64,000 nt of DNA from Mustelus asterias (lineage: Eukaryota): NCBI RefSeq assembly GCF_964213995.1, contig NC_135811.1, forward strand, positions 96,038,001 through 96,102,000, written 5' to 3'. This document shows positions 1 to 14,905 of the stretch, in pieces. The translations under genes were made by a program, and so were the position numbers. The notes below the pieces were generated by a model. That model was not told the origin of the DNA, searched no databases, and was given only the letters and a program-made list of their open reading frames with translations. Position 1 is the first letter of the stretch. Every line of letters starts with the position of its first letter.

Positions 1-818
1 GTCAATATATGATTAAGTGTTTATCATGTCACCCGCTGGGAAAACATGTCTGCCCTTTATTCCTCTGGCATTGATGGGATTCTGCCCATTTCTGTGGAAA
101 CTGCATCATATCTTGGATAAGATACCAATTCCAAGAAATTCCACTTCAAAAACATGCTTCTCGCTGATTTGGGGATTTTAATTAATTTTAAGTGTAGGCA
201 TTTTTCAAAAAGACTGTAATGTTAAGGGGAACTTTACATCATTCTGAGTAGGTAAATCTAAACATCATGGAAATAGTCTGAACATGCGTTAGCTGGGGAA
301 TTTACCTTTCTGACTTCTGAGGAGGTTGCTATTGATTCTGACCTACTAAACTTATTTTCACTTCTGATCCAAAACAGTTGTAGCTACTTTTAACTGGTGT
401 TTGGTAATCTTTGATTCTCATGTTTTATTTTATTGCTTTAATTTGACTTTTGTTTTGGTCCTTTGCTGCTGAAATTGCACGTGGGGCTGTTCTGGTGCAT
501 TGTATGTTTGTGTTTGAAGTTGATATTATTTAGTTATGTGAGCAGCAAATTTTTTTATAAAATCTGAACCTTGTCCCAAATAAACCAGTAGTGGAAAAGA
601 AACACTGCCGAGAACACAATATCAACTATGTTCAGTGCAATTTGGGGAGCTTTAGCTCGATGAGTTTGCATCTGAAATCTGCTAGTGCAATCTAAATGAA
701 TTCCCATTCTGATAATGAAATTGCCTTTGTGCATGTGTCATATCAGATATTCAGAAGCACGTTCTTGACTTGTACTGCAAGTTCTGCATCTCTGCATTTC
801 CAATTGCAATTTCACTAT

Positions 819-1130
819 AATCATAGAATCCCTACAATGCAGAAGGAGACCATTCGGCCCATTGAGTCTGTACCGACCACAATCCCAACCAAGTCCTATT
901 CCCGTAACACCACATATTTACCCTGCTAATCCCCCTGACACTAGGGTCAATTTAGCATGGCCAGTAAACCTAGAGCACATCTTTGGACTGTGGGAGGAAA
1001 CCGGAGCACCTGGGATCCACGCAGACACAAGGAGAATGTGAAAACTCCACACAGACAGTGATCCAAGGCCGGAATTGAAACTGGGTCCCTGGTGCTGTGA
1101 AGCAGCAGTGCTAACCACTGTGCCACCCCT
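819..1130 (-). mobile_element. tRNA-derived V-SINE (HE1-like), CR1-type tail
   Basis: Reverse complement has A/B boxes (TGGCACAGTGG...GTTTCAATTCC), V-domain CTGTGTGGAGTTT...GGTTTCCTCCCACAGTCCAAAGA, and a GATTCTATGA tail. Confidence 0.9.
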
Positions 1131-2460
1131 ATAATTATTATATAATCAAAGTATTATATAAAATAAACATGATTTGATTTTAAAATTAGAACATAATTGC
1201 ACTAGTGTCCTGTTCCAGTTTCCCCCTGTTCTTTATCCCAGCTCAATCTAAAATCCACAGTTGGTTGTGTCTCTGACCAGAGCCACAGGAGACCAATTAG
1301 CGAATCACAAAAAGTAGTGATGTCTGATTAAAATCATGGGTGGAAATTTGTGTCAGACAGTGGCGCAAAACAGATAATATCATATCAACCATTCACTAAA
1401 TCCAACACCTGATACTTCGGATGTATTTTTTCGCTCCCATGTCAGGATTGCAGAGTCGGGACATTTCCTAGCTCTACAAACCCAACCAGGAGAAAGTGTC
1501 CCAAAAGTTACGATTTTCATTCAGGGATGGCAGGGCTCTCTGGTTGTTGGGCCAGGTGACCCGAGAATGGGTAGGGAGGCTGCAGGCTGGGAAATGCACC
1601 AGCATTTTGTCAAAGATTTTAAAAAAATATTAAAATGAAAAATAGTCCTCCCCACACGCCCCTTGCCACCTCATGTCCTTGACCCACCCCCATGACCACT
1701 CATACCCTCCATGCCAACCTGTATGCTCTACTCATCCCCATGGTCCTCACCCACCACCCTTTGCACCTACACCTACCATCCCATCCACCATGGGCAGACC
1801 TCAAGAGCTATGCTGAAATTACATAAAGTTTAAAAGTGTCTATTGCAGCCTTTCTTTTTCTGAGAAAATAGTCAGTAAAAACCCATTTACATTCCTTCAA
1901 CTACATAATCAGTTTTAAGAATGGACATTTCATTCACATGCTCAATCCCTTATAAAAACAAGCATTGAAATCCATAGTCTCACATCAAGAAGTCTGTAAT
2001 CACTCGGAGCTGTCCATCCATCTGTGAAATGTAAGGCATTCAACTGTGCGAAGGGAAAGTTGTGAAATCAGTCATGCAGCACAAATCCAGTTATGATAGC
2101 CCTCAGGCTTATATCAACAGAATGCAATAGCATGCAATAATTTATTTTCATATGCCACACAGATTCAGCTTAAAGGGCAGGCAGTTTAAATGCCTTGACA
2201 GCTTGACAGTTCTTCTTGCCAGTTCTAAGTTTACGCATTTTTTGCACACATTTGTGTGCACTTTTAACAATCCCAAAGGGCACCTAACTCTCAAAAAGGG
2301 AACCTGACCTCTCCAAAAAGTGTCCCAGGACTATATCCATAGGGTTGCCCTACTCCTGCAAAGGGGTATCTCACCTTTTGAAAGGACTGCCCAAAATTTT
2401 GACCTGCTCCTGCGAGTGTAATCTGCATATGTTGTGTTACCCAATCCTGGTAAACAAAAA

Positions 2461-2515
2461 TCATGATGTGGAAATGCCAGCGTTGGACTGGGGTAAACAC
2501 AGACAAAGCAGACAG
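2461..2515 (-). mobile_element. Penelope-like element terminal fragment (family A)
   Basis: TCATGATGTGGAAATGCCAGCGTTGGACTGGGGTAAACACAG; TSD ACAAAAATCA 2454-2463/2516-2525. Confidence 0.7.
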
Positions 2516-2642
2516 ACAAAAATCAAACATGACTTCTGTTTTATACGGGCAGCTGACTTCACGAAATGTGCATGTAAAAATCCCCAACTGGCCTCATGCC
2601 GCCTCTGAAAATGGGGCAGGACTTCCATAATTCAGCTTCTAC

Positions 2643-2937
2643 GGGGTGGCATGGTGGCACAGTGGTTAGCACTGCTGCCTCACAGCGCCAGGGACCCGGG
2701 TTCGATTCTCAGCTTGGGTCACTGTCTGTGTGAAGTTTGCATGTTCTCTCCGTGTCTGCGTGAGTTTCCTCCAGGTGCTCCAGTTTCCTCCCATATTCTG
2801 AAAAGCGTGCTGGTTAGGTGCGTTGACCTGAACAGGCGCCGGAGTGTGGTGACTCGGGGAATTTCACAATAACTTCATTGCAGTGTTAATGTAAGCCTTA
2901 CTTGTGACTAATAAATAAACTTTACTTTTACTTTACT
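2643..2937 (+). mobile_element. V-SINE with alternative (Rex1-like) tail
   Basis: Same head and V-domain as the other SINEs but ends GTAAGCCTTACTTGTGACTAATAAATAAAC(TTTAC)n. Confidence 0.85.
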
Positions 2938-4139
2938 TCTGCCATTTTTACAATGAAGTTATGAAAATTCCGGCTTTTGTTCTACTGCACTTCATGGAAC
3001 TAAACATCAGATGCTGCGTCTAACAGGCAGCTGATCCAATATTGACTGTTTTGCATCACCTTCCTGGAAAAAAAATTCAACTCTCAAAAGTACTCCATGC
3101 TGATCTAGAATCATCAACTTTGTACCTTGTGCAAACACAGTTTTCAACTTGAAGCAAGCATATTCTCTTTTTTCACCAGATGGATTGGATACACTTTTTT
3201 AAATTCAGTAAAATATTAAATCTTTTGAAGAAAGCACACATGTAACTTATCTTCTGCCTGAGGAATTTTGTCACTAACGTATCAGACTTGAAATGAAAAG
3301 CTCTCACAGCAAAACAAGGTAGAGTAAGTGGTGACATCTCTGCTGGACCAAAGCAAAAATGAATAAATACCCCACTGCTGAGGCAGTTTCCTTCTAGGTT
3401 AAAATGCAAGATTAAAAACTAAAGTTGACAGACCTCAATGCATTTGAATGGATTCCACTCTTTCAGTGGAATCATGCAATTTCTGTATTTTTATGTTGTG
3501 CTGGTAATTTAATAAAATGGTATTTCTGATCATTTCATTACATTCCACTTAACCTACAGAATTATTTGAATATTGATATTTGTGATTCATGCATTTAAAA
3601 GAAGTGACATTTGTTTTCATGTTTGTTAATTGTCATACGTGGCAGTAATTCGGTCTTTTTGATTTAAAGATAGAAAAAAAATTGACCAAGTATATAATTC
3701 CCTCAAATAACAGTTGTGTGGAAATACAGTGTGCGGTTCACAATACTGTTTTCAAAAGTTGCATCATATCCTGGTTTCCGCAATATTTCTGTAGTGACTA
3801 GTCCCCGACTTTGTAATTTTAAAATCTGACTGATCTCTTTTGGAAATTTTGGTGCTTTGGACTAATATGTTTTGGAAGGAGATGATTTCACCACTTAGTT
3901 TCAGGGAAATTTTTAAAAATGGTCAGTATATAGTGCTCAATCTGTAGCTTTGGTAATGCTGCCTTTAACAAGAGATATTTGTGTATAGATGTTCTCTTCA
4001 AGAAGTTGCAAACATTATGTAATCTGTATGTACTGAAAGGCAGCTTCTTTTGTGACTGGCTTGATTTGTGAGAAAATCTGTTCGGCATATATGACAGATG
4101 GCAACTTATCAGATAACTTTGCTTTTCAGCTTTCTATAA

Positions 4140-4286
<147 letters not shown>

Positions 4287-5041
4287 TGACAATTATTCAG
4301 AATTTAAGAGGTGTGTAAGATGTCGTTTTGGGAGTGGTAGGTGAATGAGGGAAACATTTCTTCCCAGTGTTTAAAACACTTATTTTGATTTTTAAAACTT
4401 GGAAACTTTAAGTCAGGTCATTCTTGTCTTAGTTGGGGCACTAATATAGCCATCAGATCTGTATCCTTGGGCTCTACAGGGAAAGAAAATCATTATCAAA
4501 TCTTGGTCCATGACCTGTCTTCCATTCTAAGTGCATGTTCAAACATGAGCGAGCACTAGATTGGCCAATTACATGAAAGGTGCTCCGCGACTTTCAACCT
4601 ACATATTGGGGGTGACTCCTTCAGACGGCTGGTAGGAATCCCAATGCCCTGGTGAATGGGGCATCAGCTGAAAATCAACGGGCGTGAGGGCTTTCAGGAT
4701 TCACCCGATCAGACCCATGGGCCCTGATCAGGTTCCTGCTTAGAGCAGGCAACCAGCTGATAATTATGCAAACCCACTAATTTTAATTTCATTAGCTGGT
4801 TTGACAGGCCATTCACAAGCCATTCACTGGTACCTTGGACCCCGAGGGGACTCGAGGAGGTAGGTCTGATGGCCATTTTCCCCTCTGCTCCGGCCAGGCT
4901 GCTGGTCCCTCAAGGTTGGATGGGCTCAGCCAGGGCAAGGGATTGACCTCTCCACTCTCTGCTGGGATGGGGGTGTTGTGGCTGGACTGCCTCTTGTAGC
5001 CCTGGCAGACCTGAAGTTCACCCTTGGCATGGTGATTTCAG

Positions 5042-5263
5042 TAAGAAGTTTAACAACACCAAGTTAAAGTCCAACAGGTTTATTTGGTAGCAAAAGCCAC
5101 ACAAGCTTTCGGAGCTCCAAGCCCCTTCCCTCACCTGAAGAAGGGGCTTGGGGCTCCGAAAGCTTGTGTGGCTTTTGCTACCAAATAAACCTGTTGGACT
5201 TTAACCTGGTGTTGTTAAACTTCTTACTGTGTTTACCCCAGTCCAATGCCGGCATCTCCACAT
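5042..5263. mobile_element. PLE family A hairpin (inverted pLTRs) with hammerhead motif
   Basis: ~90 bp inverted arms; TSD CATGGTGATTTCAG 5028-5041/5264-5277. Confidence 0.85.
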
Positions 5264-5787
5264 CATGGTGATTTCAGGCAGCCCTGTGATAAATATCTAC
5301 ATTCTTGATGTCAGCTGTGAAAATTCTGAAGTGGCCAGCTCACTTTAATCTCCATGCCCTCTGGTTACCTGGCATGATTTTAAATCACTGCAGCACTCCA
5401 TTTGGCAGCGGAGCCTTCCCTAGCTCCCGGTTGGAAGCCGAACTGCCCCTTGGAGCCCTAGCAGACCAAAGATCATCCCTGGCATGGTGATGTCAGGCGA
5501 CCCTGTGATCAACATCTTGCCTGTCAGCTGTGAAAATTCTGAAGTGGCCCGGTCACTTTAATTTTCATGCCCCCAGTCACCTGGCAGAAGAGAAATGGAA
5601 AGAAACACATGTGGCTGGAGGACAGGGAGAAAGGAAAATCTCTGCTGCAGAATGGAGACCGGGGGCATGAAAGTTAAAGTGACCAGGCCACTTCAGAATT
5701 TTCACACTTGACAAGCAAGGTGTTGATCACAGGGTTGCCTGAATCACCATGCCAGGGATGATCTTCAGGTCTGCTAGGGCTACAAAG

Positions 5788-5994
5788 TAAGAGTTTTAAT
5801 ACCAGGTTAAAGTCCAGCAGGTTTATTTGGTAGCAAATGCCATTAGCTTTCGGAGCGCTGCTACTTCTTGCTGAAGGAGCAGCGCTTCGAAAGCTAATGG
5901 CATTTGCTACCAAATAAACCTTTTGGACTTTAACCTGGTGTTGTTAAAACTCTTACTGTGTTTACCCCAGTCCAATGCCGGCCATCTCCACATC
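5788..5994. mobile_element. PLE family A hairpin
   Basis: Inverted arms; TSD AGGGCTACAAAG 5776-5787/5995-6006. Confidence 0.85.
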
Positions 5995-6048
5995 AGGGCT
6001 ACAAAGGGCAGTTCAGCCTTGACACCCCAATCCTGGGAGTATTTTCAG

Positions 6049-6150
6049 GCTGAAATAAAAACAGAAAATGCTGGAAAACCTCAAGTCTGGCAGCATCTAT
6101 GGGGAGAGAAACGGCGTTAATGTTGTGAGTCCCTATGATTCCTCTTCAGA
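6049..6150 (-). mobile_element. PLE family B terminal fragment
   Basis: CTGAAATAAAAACAGAAAATGCTGGAAA...TCTGGCAGCATCT, shared with the copies at 19492, 51269 and 62067. Confidence 0.65.
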
Positions 6151-6392
6151 CTGTGGTAAACCAATGTATATAAAGTACAAAGGCAATAACCAAATTGGCT
6201 AATTGTTCATGTACTTGTAGAGTAAGTCACAAAATATATTCTGACTTGTTTTATGTGCCCCCCTTTTAATCAATACATTTGTTTTGATTTCTTTGACATT
6301 TTGTTTGCAATTATCTATAGTGATCTTTTTTATAATGAAACTACAAATGTGGCGACTGAAGTACAGATTCTGACACAGAAATGACTCTTTAA

Positions 6393-7025
<633 letters not shown>

Positions 7026-7844
7026 TTGTAGGTGTATAGTTTAACATTGATGTGAGCCTTGGTGATTAAAAATGGAAAATCAATAATCCTGGAGGCCAGG
7101 TACTTCCATTGATTTTGGGAAAAAAAGCAATTGTATTTTAATTTTACCAGTGCCTTCCTGCAGGTTTATTTGTTGACGTGCAGTAGGTCCACATTTTAAA
7201 TTTTGGGGGGTCTGTTATAAAAAATAGAACTCAAAAACTTTAGACATGCGCCTGTGTTAAAATATTTGAGACCGTTGAGCACATTCTCAAAGAACATTGG
7301 AGAATTTTATAAGTGCTGACTTTGCATAATTTTATTTGAAATGGGTGCTCAGAAGTTAACCGTGTATAATATGGGATTTCTGCAATTTAAATACCTGTCC
7401 TGAGCACGCACTTGCTTTAACACCGGGCACGCTATCTTTTAGTGGCTTTATACGTTCATGTTTATAGATTGCCTGCAGATGGCTTCCGGCTGCTGCTGCT
7501 GTTTACTGCTGATAGTATCATCCCTTGGTGTGGCAGGTTTTTATATAAGTGAAACTCACTACTTTCAAACTTAGTCAGATATCCATCATGACTACCAGGT
7601 CCAAAAATGTGATCACACGAATGAACAGCAATTTTGCAAAATTGAGACCATCTGGTTGCTGCCAATCACATGATATTAGGAGTTAGACACACAAATAGGC
7701 ATAAATGGCATTAAAAAAACCTGGAGCTGGACTAAAGACCTACAGAGTGGGAACTGGAGGAGAGACTAAAACTATCACGAAGGATGGAATTTAATAATAT
7801 CACTTTTTTACAGATTAAATAAAAAACACAACTTTGGACTGTGA

Positions 7845-8033
<189 letters not shown>

Positions 8034-8774
8034 TAATTGGAATGTTTTATCAACCAAACTAACAAATTAAACTCCATGCATATATTCTGTCTGAATAAAT
8101 TAACTATTATGCTCACTTCCTCTGGATGTAATTCGATTCAATTTTAAGTAAAAGTATTTTCTTTAGAAACACAGCATAGGGAGTATATATTAGAATGTGC
8201 ATTGAATGATAAAAGTAAAATTTAAGCACAGCTGTACAGAAGGCATCAGAAATTTATTAACACAGTCAGGATGTGAAACATGTCAATGTATGATTCATTA
8301 TTAATTATAAAGCACTGATTTTTTTTTAAAGATGTGTTTGTATGTCATTATATCTTTCTTCTAAGAGAGTAAGTGAATTAGGCTTTAGAGTGCATAGTCA
8401 CATTCAATCTCACCAAGTCACCATCACCTGCACCAGTGTGCCAATCTTTGCAGTCAAATGTTTGTCTAAGACAGGGTGATCTGTCACTGGAAGTAGAATA
8501 TCACTACCCCAGATAAGAATTATTGAATTTCCTGTAACCATTGATAGGTTTGAGTAACCTTCTCTTCTCTATCTCAAACTAGAGGCCAAAAGTATCTCAG
8601 ACTGACACCAGTTTAACATGTGGTATTAATGTAGCGTAGAAAGTCAGTGGGTGGAATTTTCCCAAAACTATCTCCACCCGCCCTGCCAATACTGGAAGTA
8701 CAAGATGTAGGTGCATCCAAAGATCCCCACCCATCAACAATTGAGCAGGGGACACCCCCAGTGTGGCATGAGGG

Positions 8775-9932
8775 ACAAGATGCCTCATGGGAGACTGCTG
8801 AGTAAAATAAGGGCCCATGGTATTCGAGGCAAGGTACTAACATGGATTGACGATTGGCTGTCAGACAGAAGGCAGAGAGTTGGGATAAAAGGTTCTTTCT
8901 CAGAATGGCAACCGGTGACAAGTGGTGTCCCGCAGGGTTCAGTGTTGGGGCCACAGCTGTTCTCTTTATATATTAACGATCTAGATGACGGGACTGGGGG
9001 CATTCTGGCCAAGTTTGCCGATGATATAAAGATAGGTGGAGGGGCAGGTAGTATTGAGGAGGTGGGGAGGCTGCAGAAAGATTTAGACAGTTTAGGAGAG
9101 TGGTCCAAGAAGTGGCTGATGAAATTCAACGTGGGCAAGTGCGAGGTCTTGCACTTTGGAAAAAAGAATAGAGGCATGGACTATTTTCTAAACGGTGACA
9201 AAATTCATAATGCTAAAGTGCAAAGGGACTTGGGAGTCCTAGACCAGGATTCTCTAAAGGTAAACTTGCAGGTTGAGTCCGTAATTAAGAAAGCAAATGT
9301 AATGTTGTCATTTATCTCAAGAGGCTTGGAATACAAAAGCAGGGATGTACTTCTGAGGCTTTATAAAGCACTGGTTAGGCCCCATTTGGAGTACTGTGAG
9401 CAATTTTGGGCCCCACACCTCAGGAAGGACATACTGGCACTGGAGCGGGTCCAGCGGAGATTCACACGGATGATCCCAGGAATGGTAGGCCTGACATACG
9501 ATGAACGTCTGAGGATCGTGGGATTATATTCATTGGAGTTTAGGAGGTTGAGGGGAGATCTAATAGAAACTTACAAGATAATGAACGGCTTAGATAGGAT
9601 GGACGTAGGGAAGTTGTTTCCATTAGCAGGGGAGACTAGGACGCGGGGGCACAGCCTTAGAATAAAAGGGAGTCACTTTAGAACAGAGATGAGGAGAAAT
9701 TTCTTCAGCCAGAGAGTGGTAGGTCTGTGGAATTCATTGCCAGAGAGGGCTGTGGAGGCCGAGACGTTGAGCGTCTTCAAGACAGAAATTGATAAATTCT
9801 TGATTTCTCGAGGAATTAAGGGCTATGGGGAGAGAGCGGGTAAATGGAGTTGAAATCAACCATGATTGAATGGTGGAGTGGACTCGATGGGCCGAATGGC
9901 CTTACTTCCGCTCCTATGTCTTATGGTCTTAT
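8775..9932 (+). mobile_element. CR1 LINE, 5'-truncated, uninterrupted ORF2 C-terminus (RT)
   Basis: ORF to 9853 with GVPQGSVLGP, FADD, RPHLEY, RGHSL, FFSQRV; TCTTATGG-type tail. Confidence 0.95.
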
Positions 9933-10562
9933 CTGATAAGCCATCAGAAACCCCAATACTTTAGTTTGCAGGGAGTACAGTGGCAGCTTTTTCATGATAC
10001 CTTAAAAGTCTGGACCACTTTCTCTGCCAAACAGTTGGAAGCCGGATGGTAAGGTGCTGTTTTAACATCCCAAACCCCATTTGGTGGTTTAAAAAAAACC
10101 ATGAAACCCCTCACTGGTGAAAGTCGAGTCGTTAATCTGACACCAGGACCTCCAGTAACCTGTGGTTGGCAAACATCTGCTGCAACCTCTCTATTGCTGC
10201 CATTGATGCTGTGAAGCATATCCATGCATTTTGAAAGGGCATCCATTTCAGCCAGCAGCTTTTTCTGTGTGGTCAAATGGTTCACACCACAGACTAGTCT
10301 GTCTCTGAGCATATCTTGGAGCCTGGTTCCAAAATCGCACTGTGCAGCCAGCTATCTCTATCTGGCCACAAACTCTGCAATAGACTCACCAGTTCCTGTT
10401 AGTTGATTTAAATTACACCGCTGCATGATTATAGATAGTTTGGGATGAAGGTGCTCCTTTATTAACGTCACAAGGTTTAGGATCAGGAACCTCCAGAGAA
10501 GTGAAACATACAACTTGATCCAGAGCTGAAGTTCCTCATACTGACAACTGGGTAATCCACTG

Positions 10563-10565
<3 letters not shown>

Positions 10566-10594
<29 letters not shown>
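10566..10594. repeat. (TC)n microsatellite
   Basis: Direct reading. Confidence 0.9.
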
Positions 10595-10600
<6 letters not shown>

Positions 10601-11443
10601 TTCTCTCTCCTCCTCCTCCTCCCCCCCTCTAATGAATAATTTTGGGCGCTCAACGTATTAAACCCCAGTGCTCCACACTGGGATCAAAAGCTTCGGATTT
10701 CCCAATCAAAGGCATGCTTAACTCACATTTTGCTGTTGTGGCCTATGTCCAGTCAAAGCTTGGTCTTGAATTACAACTGGCCACAGAGGTTTTCCAGTTT
10801 ACCCTTGTCACCAATGTAGTGTAGCAGGATAAGACTTGAACTCTGGTCAGTGAACTAACAAAGGTTTATTAACAGAACAATTATACAAGTTACAGGGCAA
10901 TGAAAAAGGTCTTAAACTCACCATGCCCAAAACTCTGACTGCTAAAAGAAGCCCAGTAAAATCTGAATGAGTCCCTAACTCGGCTCCCGATTGGATCTGC
11001 GGGTCATATGACCCATTCAGGGAAACATCCCTTAAAGTGCTCGACACACCACACACACCTACCTACAAAGCCTTCGATCTGTCCTTAAATGTTTTTCCCC
11101 TTTCATCTATAAATCTGTTGTTTTACATCCCTTTGGAAGCCCCCTTTCCCAGAAAATACAAATCTTTCAAGTTATTTTATGGCTACTATTGTAGGGTAAA
11201 AAATAAACTTAATACTTTGATTTATTCATTTACGATTTTTGCCAATTGGACTTGTTAACGATAGTTTTCCTTTAAGTCATTCCCCGCCTTATCTTCCTAA
11301 TGCTAATCTCTATTCATGCTGCTCACTCGTGTCCTATCTTAGCCCCGCTGATCTCCACTTCAAAATAATTACTTTCATGCCGAACTCATTTGTGATGTTT
11401 TTAACCTTGCAGTTTAACCGTCTTCATTTCAATTAAATTAATC

Positions 11444-11462
11444 CACACACACACACACACGC
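11444..11462. repeat. (CA)n microsatellite
   Basis: Direct reading. Confidence 0.85.
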
Positions 11463-11787
11463 ACAGACACCAAAAGCCTGTTTCACAGTATACCATAGTG
11501 ATATTGGAACAGATTGAAATATCTGATATATTCATTACCCTTTAGAAAGATAATATTGAATCTGCTTCCAGCACCTTTTTAAGTCGTATATTCCTGACCA
11601 CAACTCATCGCTTCTTAATCAAAAATAATTTAATTTCCCTCCTAGTTTTTTTGACTATTATCTATTACTTTATTAAAGATATTTCAGATATGTTCATATT
11701 AGTCTGGTGCTGAAATGGGCGTGTTGTAAATTTGCCATTCCGACTTTTCTTAGCTTAAATTAAATATTTAAAATGTTATCTTTTCAG

Positions 11788-11880
11788 CAAGCTGGACAGT
11801 CGCCACATCACAGCTCTGTGGTAACTGAGAAACAGCAGATTCTTGAACATAATTTGCAGGATGTACGGAAGAGGGTACAG
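11788..11880 (+). CDS. STAT3: STAT3 exon 5
   Basis: QAGQSPHHSSVVTEKQQILEHNLQDVRKRVQ; 93 nt (one codon shorter than human); ttcag/gtgagt. Confidence 0.95.
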
Positions 11881-12612
11881 GTGAGTCCATTTGAGTTACA
11901 GAAAAAATACAGATGTAATTACATGCATCGATTTGAACTGTTGCAATGGTAAACGGGAAATAGTATAACTCTACAATGCCAAGTAAACTGAAAACCGTGG
12001 AGTATCACAACTGCTATTTAGAAATCTAGGGTCTACAAAGATGAAGGATCATCAACCAAAAAATGATATTTTACGATGTTGCAAGTCAGGCCTTGCTCAG
12101 CATAGAAATTTTCAAACTACTTTAACTGTTTAGACAAGGGTACTCGGTCCATGGTGTTAATGAAGATCGTTGCCTGTGCAGAGTTTTATTAAAATCTGAT
12201 AATTCTACACCTAGTGTTGTACACGTTTGCAAAGTGAATTGTCATGCAAGCCGAGAACATTTGTTTATAGATTATTTGGAATAAACCATGTATCGAAACA
12301 GCTTTGATCTGTGGGAATTCTCAGTGAAGGTTAGGAATATATGAACAGGAGTATGCGGTTAAGCCCCACTAATTTGTTCTGCCACGTTACTCATATTCCA
12401 CTGTTTACCATTGGAGATGAGGTTCTAAGACCTTTAAATTGATTTTTAGTTTAAACATCTGATACTCCCTTAGTGTTTGCCTACCTCCTTAATATTCAAT
12501 ACGTGTGAAACACATTCTGGCTTTCTCTTTGAGCAATACCCTTAAATTTGATGTTGCATTAAAGTAAATGTAATCTCTGCTGTTCAGGGACCATTAGTTT
12601 TATTTTAAATGA

Positions 12613-12756
<144 letters not shown>

Positions 12757-12890
12757 TAGTTTTGATAAATAGTTTAAAAGGAAGCAGCAGTAAGAGTGTA
12801 AAGTAAATGAATAATAGGGTGTGTCTGGAAATGAGTTAATTGAATTTGTAGTGCACTCTCACATCTCTTAAACACAGCATTCTGCTCTGA

Positions 12891-13278
<388 letters not shown>

Positions 13279-13312
13279 TAAGAAATATGTTGATAACTAG
13301 GAACCATTTTAA

Positions 13313-13618
<306 letters not shown>

Positions 13619-14372
13619 TGATCTTATGCAGCCCTTTGCTTCGCATTAAAATGCTCCTCTAAACCTTATGGGAATGCATCATGGGTTTGTATTTATAAAA
13701 TAATAGAATTATGAAAAATGAGATCTGAGATATAAAAAATGTAATTATGCAATTTTCCATTCTAGCATTTAAATATGTGCTTTGTACTTATAACTACTGT
13801 GGTTTAGCAAACTGGATTAATTTCTATTTGCCTAATCTTCTGCGTCATTTTATGATCTCAAGCTCAGGCTGAGAAAACAATTAGATGAGCGTGGACATTT
13901 CCCTATATTTCACCAAATTATTTATCATAGTCTACATTGCATGGAAACAAGATAATAAATCTTAGCTGATTGTAAATCCCCATGTTATAACTGCCACCTT
14001 ATTGGTGCTTTGTGCAATAGTTATTAAAAGCTGAGTTGAGGAAGCCATAACTCATTTGCCTTACCACTGTCAGAAAGAAAACCTTAACCCTATTTGTCTT
14101 GTGATGACTGTGAATCCACTTCATTGAGAGGAAAGTGCAAGATGTTGATCCCAACTCAGCTAGTTACAGTTCTTCCTTTACTGTCACTTACTACTGCTAA
14201 CAATCTAAAAAAAGTCATCAACTAGAAAATGGGGGTAATGATTAACTATTACACCATCCAAGCTGGAATTCTAACAAGGTCCATTACATAATATACTAGC
14301 ACAGTCCCACCAGACTACCATCAAATGCAGTTATTTGAAGGCCAATTGTCCAGCCCTGCAAAGTTTATTTAA

Positions 14373-14483
<111 letters not shown>

Positions 14484-14580
14484 TAAGTAGAAAAATACTT
14501 ATTGAGAGCATTTGACAGCAAAAGCATCAAGTGATTGTTAGAAATCAGTTCTGATACTTTGATTGTAATTGATTAGTATT

Positions 14581-14905
14581 TCATAGAATCCCTACAGTGC
14601 AGCATGAGGCCGTTCAGCCCATCAAGTCTGCAACGACCATAATCCAGCTCAGGCCCTATCCCCATAACCCTACCTACTTACCCTAGCTAGTGCCCTTGGC
14701 ACTAAAGGGCAATTTAGCATGGCCAATCAACCTAACCCGCACATCTTTGAATTGTGGGAAGAAACCGGAGCACACGGAGGAAACCCACACAGACATTGGG
14801 AGAACGTGCACACTCCACACAGACAGTGACCCGAGGCCGGAATTGAACCTGGGTCCCTGGCATGTGAGGCAGAAGTGCTAGCTAGTGTGCCACCATGCCG
14901 CCCCA
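14581..14905 (-). mobile_element. V-SINE (HE1-like)
   Basis: Head, V-domain and CR1-type tail. Confidence 0.9.

Larger units (their letters stand above)
4985..6020. repeat. Three copies of a ~130-200 bp unit (two direct, one inverted)
   Basis: Unit ...CCCTGGCATGGTGAT(T/G)TCAGGC..CCCTGTGAT...GTGAAAATTCTGAAGTGGCC at ~4985-5360 and ~5441-5575, inverted at ~5660-6020. Confidence 0.8.
8560..11067 (-). mobile_element. Decayed, internally deleted Gypsy LTR element (interrupted by CR1)
   Basis: Gag-like MPLIGKSEAFDP and LRDRLVCG; integrase-like TAPYHPASN and PHATLGVSPAQLLMG; PBS-like TGGTGACAAGG at ~10803-10813 next to a probable LTR ~10815-11067. Confidence 0.75.

Noticed and set aside
2643-2715. 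tRNA genes
   Set aside because: The A/B-box sequences are SINE heads running into V-domains
3061-3069. GAS site TTCCTGGAA in intron 1 (autoregulation)
   Set aside because: Single short motif expected by chance in 64 kb; no conservation evidence
5042-5263. pre-miRNA or CRISPR-like interpretation of the hairpins
   Set aside because: Arms match PLE pLTRs, have TSDs, and show no repeat-spacer periodicity
8711-9853. 380-aa ORF as a host gene
   Set aside because: It is a 5'-truncated CR1 ORF2 with no genuine start
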